Of a stretch of 64,000 bases of DNA, positions 28,641 to 38,533 are shown in pieces. Within the stretch, counting starts at the first letter, position 1. Each line of letters opens with the position of its first letter. The notes beneath the pieces are model-generated. The model made no database searches. It saw only the letters and a program-made list of their open reading frames with translations, and had not been told where the DNA came from. The translations under genes and the position numbers were made by a program. Source of the stretch: a bacterium (GTDB lineage: Bacteria > Zhuqueibacterota > Zhuqueibacteria > Residuimicrobiales > Krinioviventaceae); contig CAXXFV010000015.1 of NCBI GenBank assembly GCA_963674595.2, positions 224,001 to 288,000 of the forward strand, in the 5' to 3' direction.

Positions 28641-31133
28641 ATGAAAAAAAGGAATATTCACCTTATTTGTAATGCACATTTAGACCCGGTATGGTTATGG
28701 GAGTGGGAAGAAGGAGCTGCTGCTGTTATATCTACTTTCCGTACTGCTGCTGATTTGTGTGAAGAATATGATAATTTTATTTTTAATCATAATGAAGTTA
28801 TTCTTTACAAATGGGTTGAAGAATACGAACCGGCACTTTTTACACGAATTCAAAAGCTTGTTAAAGAAGGCAAATGGCATATTATGGGTGGCTGGTATTT
28901 ACAACCGGACTGTAATATGCCCAGTGGTGAATCTTTTGTCAGACAAATTTTGACTGGTAGACAATATTTTAAAAATAAATTTAATGTAACTCCAAAAACA
29001 GCTATTAATTTTGATCCTTTTGGGCACACACGTGGTTTGGTCCAAATAATGGCAAAAAGCGGTTATGATTCATATCTGTTTTGCCGACCTGGTAACGAAT
29101 TCATTCAACTTCCTGCGGAAAGTTTTATTTGGTCAGGTTATGATGGTTCAACAGTTATAGGTCACCGGTCTCTAAGTCATTACAACACCCAATTGGGAGA
29201 AGCCGGTCAAAAAGTCAGCAAATGGTTAACGGAATTCAAAGATGTTGATCCTGGAATAATTTTATGGGGTGTCGGCAATCATGGCGGTGGTCCTTCGCGT
29301 ATTGATTTGGATGATTTAAAGAAAATAATAGAAACAGAAAATAATGAAAATATTATACACTCAATCCCGGAAAAGTATTTTAAAGAACTGTCTGAGAAAA
29401 AAGATAAATTACCGGTTCATGATAAAGATATTAATCCCTGGGCTGTCGGCTGCTATACTTCTCAGTCTCGTATAAAACATAAACACCGTTTGCTTGAAAA
29501 TGAGCTTTATATGACGGAAAAAATGGTATCCACCGCATCCTATCAAGGTTTGATGAAATATCCCGATAAGGAATTAAACGAGGCTATATTTGATTTGCTT
29601 GAAGGCGAGTTCCATGATATTTTACCGGGTTCTTCAATTCAACCGGTAGAAGAAACATCGCTTCGAGTGTTAGACCATGGTTTGGAAATTGTATCACGTA
29701 TTAAAGCCAGGGCCTTTTTCGCCCTTGCCGGCGGTCAGGCTAAAGCGGAAGAAGGTGAAATTCCCATTCTCGTATACAATCCTCATCCATACAAAGTAAA
29801 ACAAGTTATTGAATGTGAAACACAATTGGCTGTAGAAAATCGTGGTACATCTTTTACGTTATTTTCAGTATACAACAATGGAAAATTAGTCCCTTCTCAG
29901 ATTGAACAAGAATTAAGTAATTTACCGTTTGACTGGCGAAAACGAGTCATTTTTGAGGCCGAACTTGAACCTTCTCAGATGAATCGATTTGATTGTAAAC
30001 TCAACATCGTTGAAAAAAAGCCGGAAATTGAACTGCTTGAAAAAGACGGCAAGATTACTTTTGAAACAAATGATCTTAAAGTTGTTATCAACACCACTAC
30101 CGGTTTTATTGATGAATATATTGTAGGTTCTGTAGATTATATTTCTTCTGATGCATTCAAGCCCATAGTCATGAATGATGATGATGATCCCTGGGGCATG
30201 ATGGTTAAAAGTTTCAGAGATTACCTGGGTTCTTTTAAATTAATGTCTCCGAAAAAGGCTGCCAAGTTTGCCGGTTTGGCAAAAGATGAACTGACGCCGG
30301 TTCAGGTTATTGAAGACGGCCCTGTTCGTAGTGTGGTTGAAGCCTTGTTTGAATTTGACGATTCTTTTATATGCCAACGATACAAACTTCCAAAAAAAGG
30401 TACACAAATTCAAATTGAAACCCGTGTTGTTTGGAACCAAAAAAGTAAAATGTTAAAACTTTCAATTCCAACTCAACTTAAAAATGGTAAATATTTCGGC
30501 CAGGTTGCTTATGGTAAAGATGAGCTACCATCGAATGGTAATGAAGCTGTTGCTCAGAAATGGGTAGCGGTATCGGACGGCAAAAGCGCTTTATCTTGTA
30601 TTAATAATGGTATTTATGGATCTGATTATGCTGATGGCGAAATTCGTTTGTCATTGTTACGCTCTCCGGCTTTTAGCGGTCATCCTTTTGAAAAGAGACC
30701 AATTGTTCCGCAAAATCAGTATTCACCGCGAATTGATCAGGGCGAAAGACTGTTCCATTTTTGGTTGGATGCCGGTGACGCCGTAAATCATTTGCAAAAT
30801 ATTGACAGCCGTGCAAATGAAGTAAATGAAAAACCATTTGCTCTATCGTTCTTTCCCTGTGGTCTCGGGAACGAATGTAAACCTGGAATTGAATTAAGCA
30901 ATCCAAGCATTCAAATGACCACCTTAAAAAAGGCTGAAAGTTCAAATGACCTGATTCTGCGTCTGTTTGAACCTACCGGAAAAAAACAAGAAACAAATGT
31001 TAATGTTCCATTTTTGGATTATGAATTTAAAATCGATCTCAATCCGTTTGAAATAAAAACGGTCAAGATCAATCCTGAAACCAAACAGTATGTTTTGGTT
31101 GATTTGATGGAACAAGAAAATAAGGATGTATAA
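28641..31133 (+). CDS. Alpha-mannosidase, glycoside hydrolase family 38 (no signal peptide)
   Basis: NAHLDPVWLWEW, GGWYLQPDCNMPSGES, DPFGH, GVGNHGGGP, FHDILPGSSI. ATG 28641 follows AGGAG. Confidence 0.93.
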   Translation: MKKRNIHLICNAHLDPVWLWEWEEGAAAVISTFRTAADLCEEYDNFIFNHNEVILYKWVEEYEPALFTRIQKLVKEGKWHIMGGWYLQPDCNMPSGESFVRQILTGRQYFKNKFNVTPKTAINFDPFGHTRGLVQIMAKSGYDSYLFCRPGNEFIQLPAESFIWSGYDGSTVIGHRSLSHYNTQLGEAGQKVSKWLTEFKDVDPGIILWGVGNHGGGPSRIDLDDLKKIIETENNENIIHSIPEKYFKELSEKKDKLPVHDKDINPWAVGCYTSQSRIKHKHRLLENELYMTEKMVSTASYQGLMKYPDKELNEAIFDLLEGEFHDILPGSSIQPVEETSLRVLDHGLEIVSRIKARAFFALAGGQAKAEEGEIPILVYNPHPYKVKQVIECETQLAVENRGTSFTLFSVYNNGKLVPSQIEQELSNLPFDWRKRVIFEAELEPSQMNRFDCKLNIVEKKPEIELLEKDGKITFETNDLKVVINTTTGFIDEYIVGSVDYISSDAFKPIVMNDDDDPWGMMVKSFRDYLGSFKLMSPKKAAKFAGLAKDELTPVQVIEDGPVRSVVEALFEFDDSFICQRYKLPKKGTQIQIETRVVWNQKSKMLKLSIPTQLKNGKYFGQVAYGKDELPSNGNEAVAQKWVAVSDGKSALSCINNGIYGSDYADGEIRLSLLRSPAFSGHPFEKRPIVPQNQYSPRIDQGERLFHFWLDAGDAVNHLQNIDSRANEVNEKPFALSFFPCGLGNECKPGIELSNPSIQMTTLKKAESSNDLILRLFEPTGKKQETNVNVPFLDYEFKIDLNPFEIKTVKINPETKQYVLVDLMEQENKDV

Positions 31134-32269
31134 TGACTTCAAAACAACGTGTTTTGGCTACTATGTCAGGAGAAATTCCTGATAGAGTGCCTATCGGCGA
31201 ATTTGCCATTGATTTTGATACTGTAGAAAAAATAATTGGTCATGAAACCTATGTACGCGCTAAAGCCAAATCCCAAATTGCCTTTTGGGAAGGCCGGCAT
31301 GATGAAGTGGTCGACAGTTATTTAAACGACCACATCGAATTGTTCAAAAAACTGGATCTGGATATTATAACTTTTCCCATGGCAACCTGGGAAATTCCTG
31401 CACCAAGCGATGAACCTGCTCCGAAAAAAATAGATGATACGACCTGGGAGGATGTTCATGGGCGTATTTTCAAATATTCGGATGTCACGGCCGATATTAC
31501 CTGTATTCATGATCCGGTGATGGCAGAAAAAGTTTTTACGATTGAGGAATTTCAAAAAGAGCCACCGGATATTAATCTCGATGAACGTTCCTTTAAAATA
31601 CTGGACACGGTTATTAAAACTTTTCCGGAAAAATTTATTTGCGGCCCTTCCGGGGGAGAAATCGGTATTTTATTGTTGGGCGGTATGGAACGCGGTTTGA
31701 TGGAACTGATTGAAAATATTGATGTCGTTCAGGCTGCCACCGAGTATTATGTGAAAATGCAGAATAAAGCGGATGATGTTTTTATTCATCCGCTACAGGA
31801 TGCCGTCTTGTGGGGAGCTGATTTCGGATTTAAAACCGGTCCTTTTATCAGTCCGGTTATGTTTAAAAATTATTTTCTTGAACCAAACAAGGTACGTGTT
31901 CAAAATATTCATGAAAAGTTTGGTAAAAAAGTTATGAAACACTGTTGTGGAAATTTACACGCCTTGTTGGACTCTTTTATTGAAATCGGATATGATGCTT
32001 ACCAGTCCATTCAGCCGACAGCCGATATGGATATTTGTTATCTTAAAGGATATTTTGGTGATAAAATTACCCTTTGGGGTGGTGTATCTGTTGAAAAAAT
32101 GGTAGGCGGGACCATGGACGAGGTTCGGCAAGATGTTCAACGCGCTATGCAATGTGCAAAACCAGGCGGTCGTTTTATTCTTGGAACCAGTCACTCTATT
32201 GCGGTTGGAAGCCAATATGATAATTATATGGCCATGCTGGATGAATATCACAAATTATGTGACTATTAA
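31133..32269 (+). CDS. URO-D/MtaA(CmuA)-family protein (not HemE)
   Basis: MTSKQRV...PDRVP N-terminus, ADFG..GPFISP, KHCCGN, LWGGV, GGRFILGTSH. The start overlaps the GH38 stop. Confidence 0.85.
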   Translation: MTSKQRVLATMSGEIPDRVPIGEFAIDFDTVEKIIGHETYVRAKAKSQIAFWEGRHDEVVDSYLNDHIELFKKLDLDIITFPMATWEIPAPSDEPAPKKIDDTTWEDVHGRIFKYSDVTADITCIHDPVMAEKVFTIEEFQKEPPDINLDERSFKILDTVIKTFPEKFICGPSGGEIGILLLGGMERGLMELIENIDVVQAATEYYVKMQNKADDVFIHPLQDAVLWGADFGFKTGPFISPVMFKNYFLEPNKVRVQNIHEKFGKKVMKHCCGNLHALLDSFIEIGYDAYQSIQPTADMDICYLKGYFGDKITLWGGVSVEKMVGGTMDEVRQDVQRAMQCAKPGGRFILGTSHSIAVGSQYDNYMAMLDEYHKLCDY

Positions 32270-32281
32270 CCGGAGTTTTCT

Positions 32282-33241
32282 ATGGACTTTGCCCCGTCAG
32301 TTTATGAACATGCTGCTAAAATAATTGACAAAACACCCTGGGAGGTATCCAGAGATGCCGAATTGCTGTTTCAGTCACATAGAGAAGCTTATTTGAAATA
32401 TCAACACAAGCCCATTACTGTCGGTATTGATATCTATAATTTGGAAGCTGAAGCCTATGGCGCTGTTGTAGAAAAACCGGATGATACGGGTGTTCCTTCT
32501 ATACAAAATCATATTTGCAGCTCTGTGTCTGATATTTTGGCATTACCAGATTTAGATATCGTTACTTCTCGTATAAGCATGATTATTGAGGTTGGCGAAC
32601 GATTAAAAAAAGAGTTTCCCCGGGCAGATGTTAGAATACCGGTTAGCGGACCTGTGTCTATAACCGGTACCCTGGTTGGTATGGAAAATCTTTTGATTGA
32701 ATCTGCTTTTAATCCAGAAAGTATAAAAGAAGCTTTTGAATTTTTATGTAAGGGGCAGTTAAATTTTTGTAAAGCTGTTACAGATGCTGGACTTGACGTT
32801 ACCTTTTTTGAATCTGCTGCTGCTCCGCCTTTATTTTCTCCGGCTCAATTTAAGGATATGATTGCCCCGGTTTTAACTCAATTAATGCAGAACATTTTTA
32901 AAATTACTCAAAAACCTGTTGCCTTGATTATTGGTGGGAATACGGAACCAATTTTAGAATCCATTATTGCTACCGGGTCAAAATATGTTATTTGTCCTTC
33001 TGAAACTGACCAAAAAGCTTTTATGGAAAAAATTTGGGACTGTTCTGATATTATGGTACGTATTAATATGGACCCTAAAATAGTTGCCTTTGGAACCTGG
33101 GACGAAATTAAACAGGAAATAGATCGTGTTTTACAAATTGTAAAAGGACGAGATATGGTTTGTTTGGGTTCCGGTGTTCTGCCCTATGAAACACCTGTTG
33201 ATAATGTTTTAAAAATTATTGAATATATGTCTACCTTGTAA
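32282..33241 (+). CDS. URO-D-family protein lacking the HxC metal motif
   Basis: YNLEAEAYGA, PVSGPVS, FESAAAPPLFSPAQF, IIGGNT in place of HxCG, GVLPYETP. Confidence 0.75.
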   Translation: MDFAPSVYEHAAKIIDKTPWEVSRDAELLFQSHREAYLKYQHKPITVGIDIYNLEAEAYGAVVEKPDDTGVPSIQNHICSSVSDILALPDLDIVTSRISMIIEVGERLKKEFPRADVRIPVSGPVSITGTLVGMENLLIESAFNPESIKEAFEFLCKGQLNFCKAVTDAGLDVTFFESAAAPPLFSPAQFKDMIAPVLTQLMQNIFKITQKPVALIIGGNTEPILESIIATGSKYVICPSETDQKAFMEKIWDCSDIMVRINMDPKIVAFGTWDEIKQEIDRVLQIVKGRDMVCLGSGVLPYETPVDNVLKIIEYMSTL

Positions 33242-33260
33242 CCTAAAAAAGGAGGTTATT

Positions 33261-34472
33261 TTGAATAAAGTATCCATAGCTGTTGTAGCACTCGGAGGAT
33301 ATGGGTTGGTTTACCTTGAAGGTCTTTTAGACAAACCACAGGATGATAATTATGAAATCGTTGGTGGTGTTGACCCGGAACCCGAACGTTGCACGCGGCT
33401 GCAAGACCTGAAAAATTTAAACATACCTATCTATTCTTCACTTGAAGAATTTTACGAAAATCATTCTGCCGACCTTGTTATATTATCTTCACCGATCCAT
33501 TTGCACGTTCCGCAAACGGTTTTGGCTTTGTCAAAGGGAAGTAATGTTTTATGTGAAAAACCGTTGGGAGCAACTATTCAGGAAGCCAGAGAAATGATTA
33601 ATGCTGAAAAGGCCTCCCCCCATTTTGCAGCAATCGGTTATCAATGGTCTTTTACTGATGCTATTCAAAGTTTGAAAAAAGATATTTTGGATGGCGTTTT
33701 AGGGAAACCTAAACTTTTAAAAACTATTGCGCTTTGGCCCAGAAATGAATCCTATTATAATCGTAACAATTGGGCAGGTGGTAAAAGAGATAGTCGTGGA
33801 AACTGGATACTTGACAGTCCGGCTAATAATGCCGTGGCTCATTATCTTCACAATATGTTTTATGTTCTTGGGCCTGACCGGGAATCCAGTGCTGTTCCGG
33901 TTTCGGTAGAAGCAGAATTATATCGCGCCAATAAAATTGACAATTTTGATACTGTTGCTTCCCGAATCATTACAGATAATGGCGTTAAAGTTCTTTTTTA
34001 CGGCGCTCATCCTGTTGATAAACCAAAAGAATATGGACCCTTTGTATCCTATGAATTTGAAAACGCAACTGTTACTTTTGACGGACTTTTTTCCGACTTT
34101 AAAGCTGTTTTTAAAGATGGTTCTGTTAAAAATTATGGAAAGCCGGATGAACAGCAAATCAAAAAAATGTGGGATTGTATTAGCGCTGTTCGTACAGGAG
34201 AACCTGTTGCCTGTGCTTCTCAGGCTGCCAGCTCACAAACGTTGTGTATAAACGGTATGCAGGATTCGACACCGGAAATTATTACTTTTCCCGAGGAACT
34301 CGTTAAAGTTAAAGGCGAACCGGGTACAAGACTGACCTATGTTGAAGGACTTGTTGAAGATTTTATTAATTGTTATGAGAAAAATATTTTACCGAATGAA
34401 GCCGGTATTTCATGGAGTAAAAAGCCGGCCAAGATTGATCTGACTAATTATCAAAAATTCCCAAGTGTATAA
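33261..34472 (+). CDS. Gfo/Idh/MocA-family NAD(P) oxidoreductase
   Basis: ALGGYG, SSPIHLH, VLCEKP, NAVAHY. TTG start follows GGAGG. Confidence 0.9.
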   Translation: MNKVSIAVVALGGYGLVYLEGLLDKPQDDNYEIVGGVDPEPERCTRLQDLKNLNIPIYSSLEEFYENHSADLVILSSPIHLHVPQTVLALSKGSNVLCEKPLGATIQEAREMINAEKASPHFAAIGYQWSFTDAIQSLKKDILDGVLGKPKLLKTIALWPRNESYYNRNNWAGGKRDSRGNWILDSPANNAVAHYLHNMFYVLGPDRESSAVPVSVEAELYRANKIDNFDTVASRIITDNGVKVLFYGAHPVDKPKEYGPFVSYEFENATVTFDGLFSDFKAVFKDGSVKNYGKPDEQQIKKMWDCISAVRTGEPVACASQAASSQTLCINGMQDSTPEIITFPEELVKVKGEPGTRLTYVEGLVEDFINCYEKNILPNEAGISWSKKPAKIDLTNYQKFPSV

Positions 34473-34477
34473 AAAAG

Positions 34478-34510
34478 AAAAGGCCTGAAATTTTATTTCA
34501 GGCCTTTTTT
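34478..34510. terminator. Bidirectional terminator between convergent genes
   Basis: AAAAGGCCTGAAAT-TTT-ATTTCAGGCCTTTTTT. Confidence 0.88.
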
Positions 34511-34529
34511 GTATGTATCAATTAGATTG

Positions 34530-36635
34530 TTACTTTATTGAAGTCATAAAAATTAAGAGTGCAATAATAACACCTACCAAAATCCAGCTTCCACCAAAAC
34601 CGTAAATGTCTTGTTTTGAGGGTTTGAGTATTTCCCAATTTGAGCCGGGCCATATTTTGTCCTTTTCAAATTTATCGGGATTATCATAAGAGTCTTGTAA
34701 TGCTTTTTCTTCTTCTTCCTCTGTCGGCAGTACAGGTGTGTGCAGCTTGCCAAAGAACCTGTCCATCCTTTCTTTTTTCACCGGTTTGGTTAAATAAGAA
34801 AGTATAAAAAGAAGGAGGAACGGGAATAACGCATCAAAGAAAAATCGTGTTGACACAAGTTGGGCTTTTGTGAATTTTGTAAAATCAATACCCAGCCATG
34901 ACAAGACCCATATTTCTGCATGAAAACGTCCAATTCCTATTTTGGCTGAATTGGGATCTTCCGGGTTGATACGTGCAACTGTCTCAAAAAAGACACCAGT
35001 CGGTTCAATGGTATGTTGTCTTTCAATCGGTTGACCAACTTTTTGGGCAAGTCCGGCGTCAACATCTTCCTGAAGCGCGCCGATGGTGATCATAACCTGT
35101 TTTGGGCTTGTTTCCAGTAAATAATAATCGCTATATTTTACAGAATCCATATACTGAAAAATATTTGGGATGATAGCATAAATTGTCAGACAAATAAACA
35201 TCTGGATGATAACAGCCCATTTGGTGACCCTTCTCCAAATAAAACCCAGCCAGATGGAGGCACCAAAAATAGCCGGTATAGAAATAAAGTATTTAAAAAG
35301 ATCCAGCAAGTTGCCGACAAAAACTGCCGCCCAGATACCGCCCAATAGGACAACACCAATAATAACTCTACCGACGTTAATGTAATGTTTTTCGCTTTTG
35401 TTGGGTAACAGCGGTTCATAAATATTTTTTATAAAAAGCGCTGAATTTGAAACTGATGTTGCATCCAGGGTTGACATATTGGCTGCTAAAATACCGGCCA
35501 GCATTAATCCGATGGCTCCCGGAACCAGCAGGTCTCTGGTCATAAATCCCCAGATAAGATCCGGGTCATGAATTTGACCGGCATAAAGACCGATGGCTAA
35601 TAATCCTGCCAATGCCCAGAACATCATTAAAAATCTTTTAAAGAACATACCGCCTATCATACCAAAACGTGCCGTATTCTCATTTGTGGCAGAACCGGCT
35701 GTTGCCATCATGGGTGCACTGGCAATGATGGACACAAGGTTAGCGACAATCATGGCAAGGATCGTGTACCAGGCATATTCACTCATGGTTACTGACCCAA
35801 ACAGCTCAAACATATAGTCCGGAACAGAGGCGTGCAGCCCGCTAAATCCTCCTATTTTCATAAGTCCAAGTGGGATCAGTAAAAAGGAAAAGATGATCAT
35901 CAAAATTCCCTGGATCGCATCTGTTATTGCCGCCGCTGTAAATCCTCCAAGCATGGTGTAAATAGCAACAATAATAGCATAAATAAAATAAAAACCGATT
36001 TCATTTGTATGAGAAACAAATGAACGAAGTTCGCCTTTTTTATTTTTTTCGTTGAGGACCTGGTATCGGGCTTCTTGTTCAGGAGACAAGCCAAGTTTTA
36101 ATTCGCTTTTTAAAGTCTGATACTCTTTAAACTCTTCAATACTAACGCGTTCTTCAACAGTACATTGTTCCAATGTTTTAGGTGTTAAGGCCATCATTGT
36201 TTTAGCAGCAACCATATAACCAACGCCGCCTCCGATAAAAGCCATTAAAAGTGTAAATACTGCAAAACTTCCACCTAAAAATTTGCTGTCAAAACGTTCT
36301 GTAAAATAATCACCGATAGTAGTTAACCGAACACGTCTAAAAAACAAAGTTGTAAACCAGTAGAACGGCGTGAGAAATAGGACAAGATATTGTATCCACA
36401 TACCGCCAATTCCTTGTCGGTAAATTTCCCGGGACACAGCAACTGCCTGGTCTGCATTCGTTGAACAGCCAAAGTTTAGAAAAAACTGGTAAAATTTACC
36501 CAGTTTTCTTCCGGCGAGATAAAAGTCTCCGGTGTCTTTAGTTTTCTGACCTGCTCTATGTCCCACCCAAAGAATAAATACAACGTAAATAAGGATGACT
36601 GAGAGGTCAAGGATGTGAAGTCCAAAAATGTGCAT
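34530..36635 (-). CDS. Sodium:solute symporter (SSS) with two large hydrophilic insertions (701 aa)
   Basis: DFYLAGRKLG, YTMLGGFTAAAITDAIQG, GLMLAGILAANMST. Confidence 0.88.
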   Translation of the reverse strand: MHIFGLHILDLSVILIYVVFILWVGHRAGQKTKDTGDFYLAGRKLGKFYQFFLNFGCSTNADQAVAVSREIYRQGIGGMWIQYLVLFLTPFYWFTTLFFRRVRLTTIGDYFTERFDSKFLGGSFAVFTLLMAFIGGGVGYMVAAKTMMALTPKTLEQCTVEERVSIEEFKEYQTLKSELKLGLSPEQEARYQVLNEKNKKGELRSFVSHTNEIGFYFIYAIIVAIYTMLGGFTAAAITDAIQGILMIIFSFLLIPLGLMKIGGFSGLHASVPDYMFELFGSVTMSEYAWYTILAMIVANLVSIIASAPMMATAGSATNENTARFGMIGGMFFKRFLMMFWALAGLLAIGLYAGQIHDPDLIWGFMTRDLLVPGAIGLMLAGILAANMSTLDATSVSNSALFIKNIYEPLLPNKSEKHYINVGRVIIGVVLLGGIWAAVFVGNLLDLFKYFISIPAIFGASIWLGFIWRRVTKWAVIIQMFICLTIYAIIPNIFQYMDSVKYSDYYLLETSPKQVMITIGALQEDVDAGLAQKVGQPIERQHTIEPTGVFFETVARINPEDPNSAKIGIGRFHAEIWVLSWLGIDFTKFTKAQLVSTRFFFDALFPFLLLFILSYLTKPVKKERMDRFFGKLHTPVLPTEEEEEKALQDSYDNPDKFEKDKIWPGSNWEILKPSKQDIYGFGGSWILVGVIIALLIFMTSIK

Positions 36636-36855
36636 AAAGGTTTCCCTTTCGTTAGTTCGCAAATTGATTGGAAATGGATATTAAGGTTTTATAATAAAAT
36701 ATGATTTTTACGCCGTTAGTAATTGGAAATATTGTATTCCAAAATCTTGTTTTTGATAAGCCTTACAAGGTATAAATTTTCGAAATTAAAAACAAATTTT
36801 TTTTAAAAAGTTGACAAAGTACGCGTTTAAGCTACCGGTTACGTAATTTGATTGT

Positions 36856-36884
36856 TTGACATCTTGTCAGGAAATACTTATCTT
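36856..36884 (+). promoter_or_regulatory. Putative sigma70 promoter overlapped by a TGACA-TCT-TGTCA palindrome
   Basis: TTGACA (36856)-17 bp-TATCTT; inverted repeat at 36857-36869. Confidence 0.45.
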
Positions 36885-36935
36885 TTACAGTTTTGGTTTA
36901 CTTTAGTTTTAGTACATAATGAAAGGACTTTTATA

Positions 36936-38519
36936 ATGCCGTGTCCAGAGATTTCCATCAAGACCGGAAAAAAAGAGTTTGATGATTTTATACCTCAAAT
37001 AAAAAAGTTTTTGGAAAAAGACTATCTAGATGTGGTTATTGATTCTCAAAAAATCAGGGGCTATCGTTCACCCGATGCCAAATCCATTTGGATTCGGGAC
37101 CACAGCGATATTATGAGAGGATTTAAATATTTTGAACAGGATATGAAATCAACTGTTCAGCATTTTGCTGATACTCAGGCAGCAAATGGCCGTATTTTCG
37201 ATTATTTTACTGTTTTCCCTGAAAAATTACCTTCTGAACGTGAAAATTGGACAAAGTATGTCCGCGTGCCTGTAGAAGCCGACGTTGAATATCGTTTTGT
37301 CAATGCTGCTTATTTAGCCTGGCAGGCAACAGGTGATGATACCTGGGTTAAGAAACTTTTACCGAGTTTGGAAAGAGCTTTAAATTACACGCTTACACAT
37401 CCTTGGCGATGGGATGAGAAGACACAGCTCGTTAAACGTCCTTATACCATTGACACATGGGATTTTGCCTACACAGCCGGTTCGCATGACTGGCTGCAGT
37501 TTCAGATTGATGATAACACTTTTTGGGGGATTATGCATGGTGATAATAGCGGCTTTTATCAGGCATTTTTGCGTCTTTCAAAGCTCTATGATCATTTTGA
37601 TGAAAAAGGTAAAGCCGGTTACTGGGCAGAAAAAGCCCAGCTTCTTAAAGATCAGGCACAGAAAGTGTGCTGGAATGGTTCCTTTTTTACCCATTTTGTA
37701 AAATTAACACCGGTAACAATTGATGGTGTTGACGAAGCTTCCCAGTTGAGTATGAGTAATCCGATGGATATTAACCGGGGAATGGCTACTCACGAAATGG
37801 CTGTTTCCATTATTAAAGAGTATCAAAAACGAAAAGAAACATCCGGCTCCTTTGCCGAATGGTTTTCCATACATCCTGCTTTCCCTGATAATATTTTCGG
37901 AGATGAATTATTAGTGCCGGGTGCTTATATAAACGGCGGTATATATCCTCTGGTCGGCGGTGAATTGGCAAAAGCAGCCCTGGACCATGGTTTTGAAGAG
38001 TATGGAATAGATATATTAAAACAATATTATAAACTTGTTTCTGAAACCGGTGAAACATTTTTATGGTATTTCCCGGATGGCTCTGCGTCATCCATTGAAA
38101 CCAGCACCAGCCCGGATGCCACGCCAACGGATGGTTGGGGTTCAAGTGCTATGCTTTATGCTCTTGTTGAAGGTTTGGCCGGTATAGAAGACACCTTTAA
38201 ACTTTATCAAAAAGCCAAAATTTCACCTCGCTGGACCGCTGCCGGTGTTTCCGAAGCTCAGGTAGATGTAAGTTATGCGTCCTCTGAAACCGGTATCGGC
38301 TATACATATTTATTAAAAAATGATTCACTGGAATTAATTGTTACGGCATTAAACAGTGATTTGGATTTTCATGTTCTTTTACCAAAAAATAAATCCTGCA
38401 AAAATGTTACGGCCGGAAAGAAAAACGTCTCTTTCTCTGTTTCAACTTGTGAAAACAGCAATTATGTTGATTTTACTTCAACTGTGCAGGAACAAAAACA
38501 AATTGTTATTCATTTTTAA
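36936..38519 (+). CDS. Putative six-hairpin (alpha/alpha)6 glycosidase, cytoplasmic (527 aa)
   Basis: SIWIRD, AWQATGD, YINGG, GLAGI...ISPRW pattern. ATG 36936 follows AAAGGA. Family uncertain. Confidence 0.6.
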   Translation: MPCPEISIKTGKKEFDDFIPQIKKFLEKDYLDVVIDSQKIRGYRSPDAKSIWIRDHSDIMRGFKYFEQDMKSTVQHFADTQAANGRIFDYFTVFPEKLPSERENWTKYVRVPVEADVEYRFVNAAYLAWQATGDDTWVKKLLPSLERALNYTLTHPWRWDEKTQLVKRPYTIDTWDFAYTAGSHDWLQFQIDDNTFWGIMHGDNSGFYQAFLRLSKLYDHFDEKGKAGYWAEKAQLLKDQAQKVCWNGSFFTHFVKLTPVTIDGVDEASQLSMSNPMDINRGMATHEMAVSIIKEYQKRKETSGSFAEWFSIHPAFPDNIFGDELLVPGAYINGGIYPLVGGELAKAALDHGFEEYGIDILKQYYKLVSETGETFLWYFPDGSASSIETSTSPDATPTDGWGSSAMLYALVEGLAGIEDTFKLYQKAKISPRWTAAGVSEAQVDVSYASSETGIGYTYLLKNDSLELIVTALNSDLDFHVLLPKNKSCKNVTAGKKNVSFSVSTCENSNYVDFTSTVQEQKQIVIHF

Positions 38520-38533
38520 AAAAGGATTCTATA

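Noticed and set aside
31133-33241. Annotation as hemE (heme synthesis)
   Set aside because: The HemE MRQAGR motif is absent and no hem genes are nearby.
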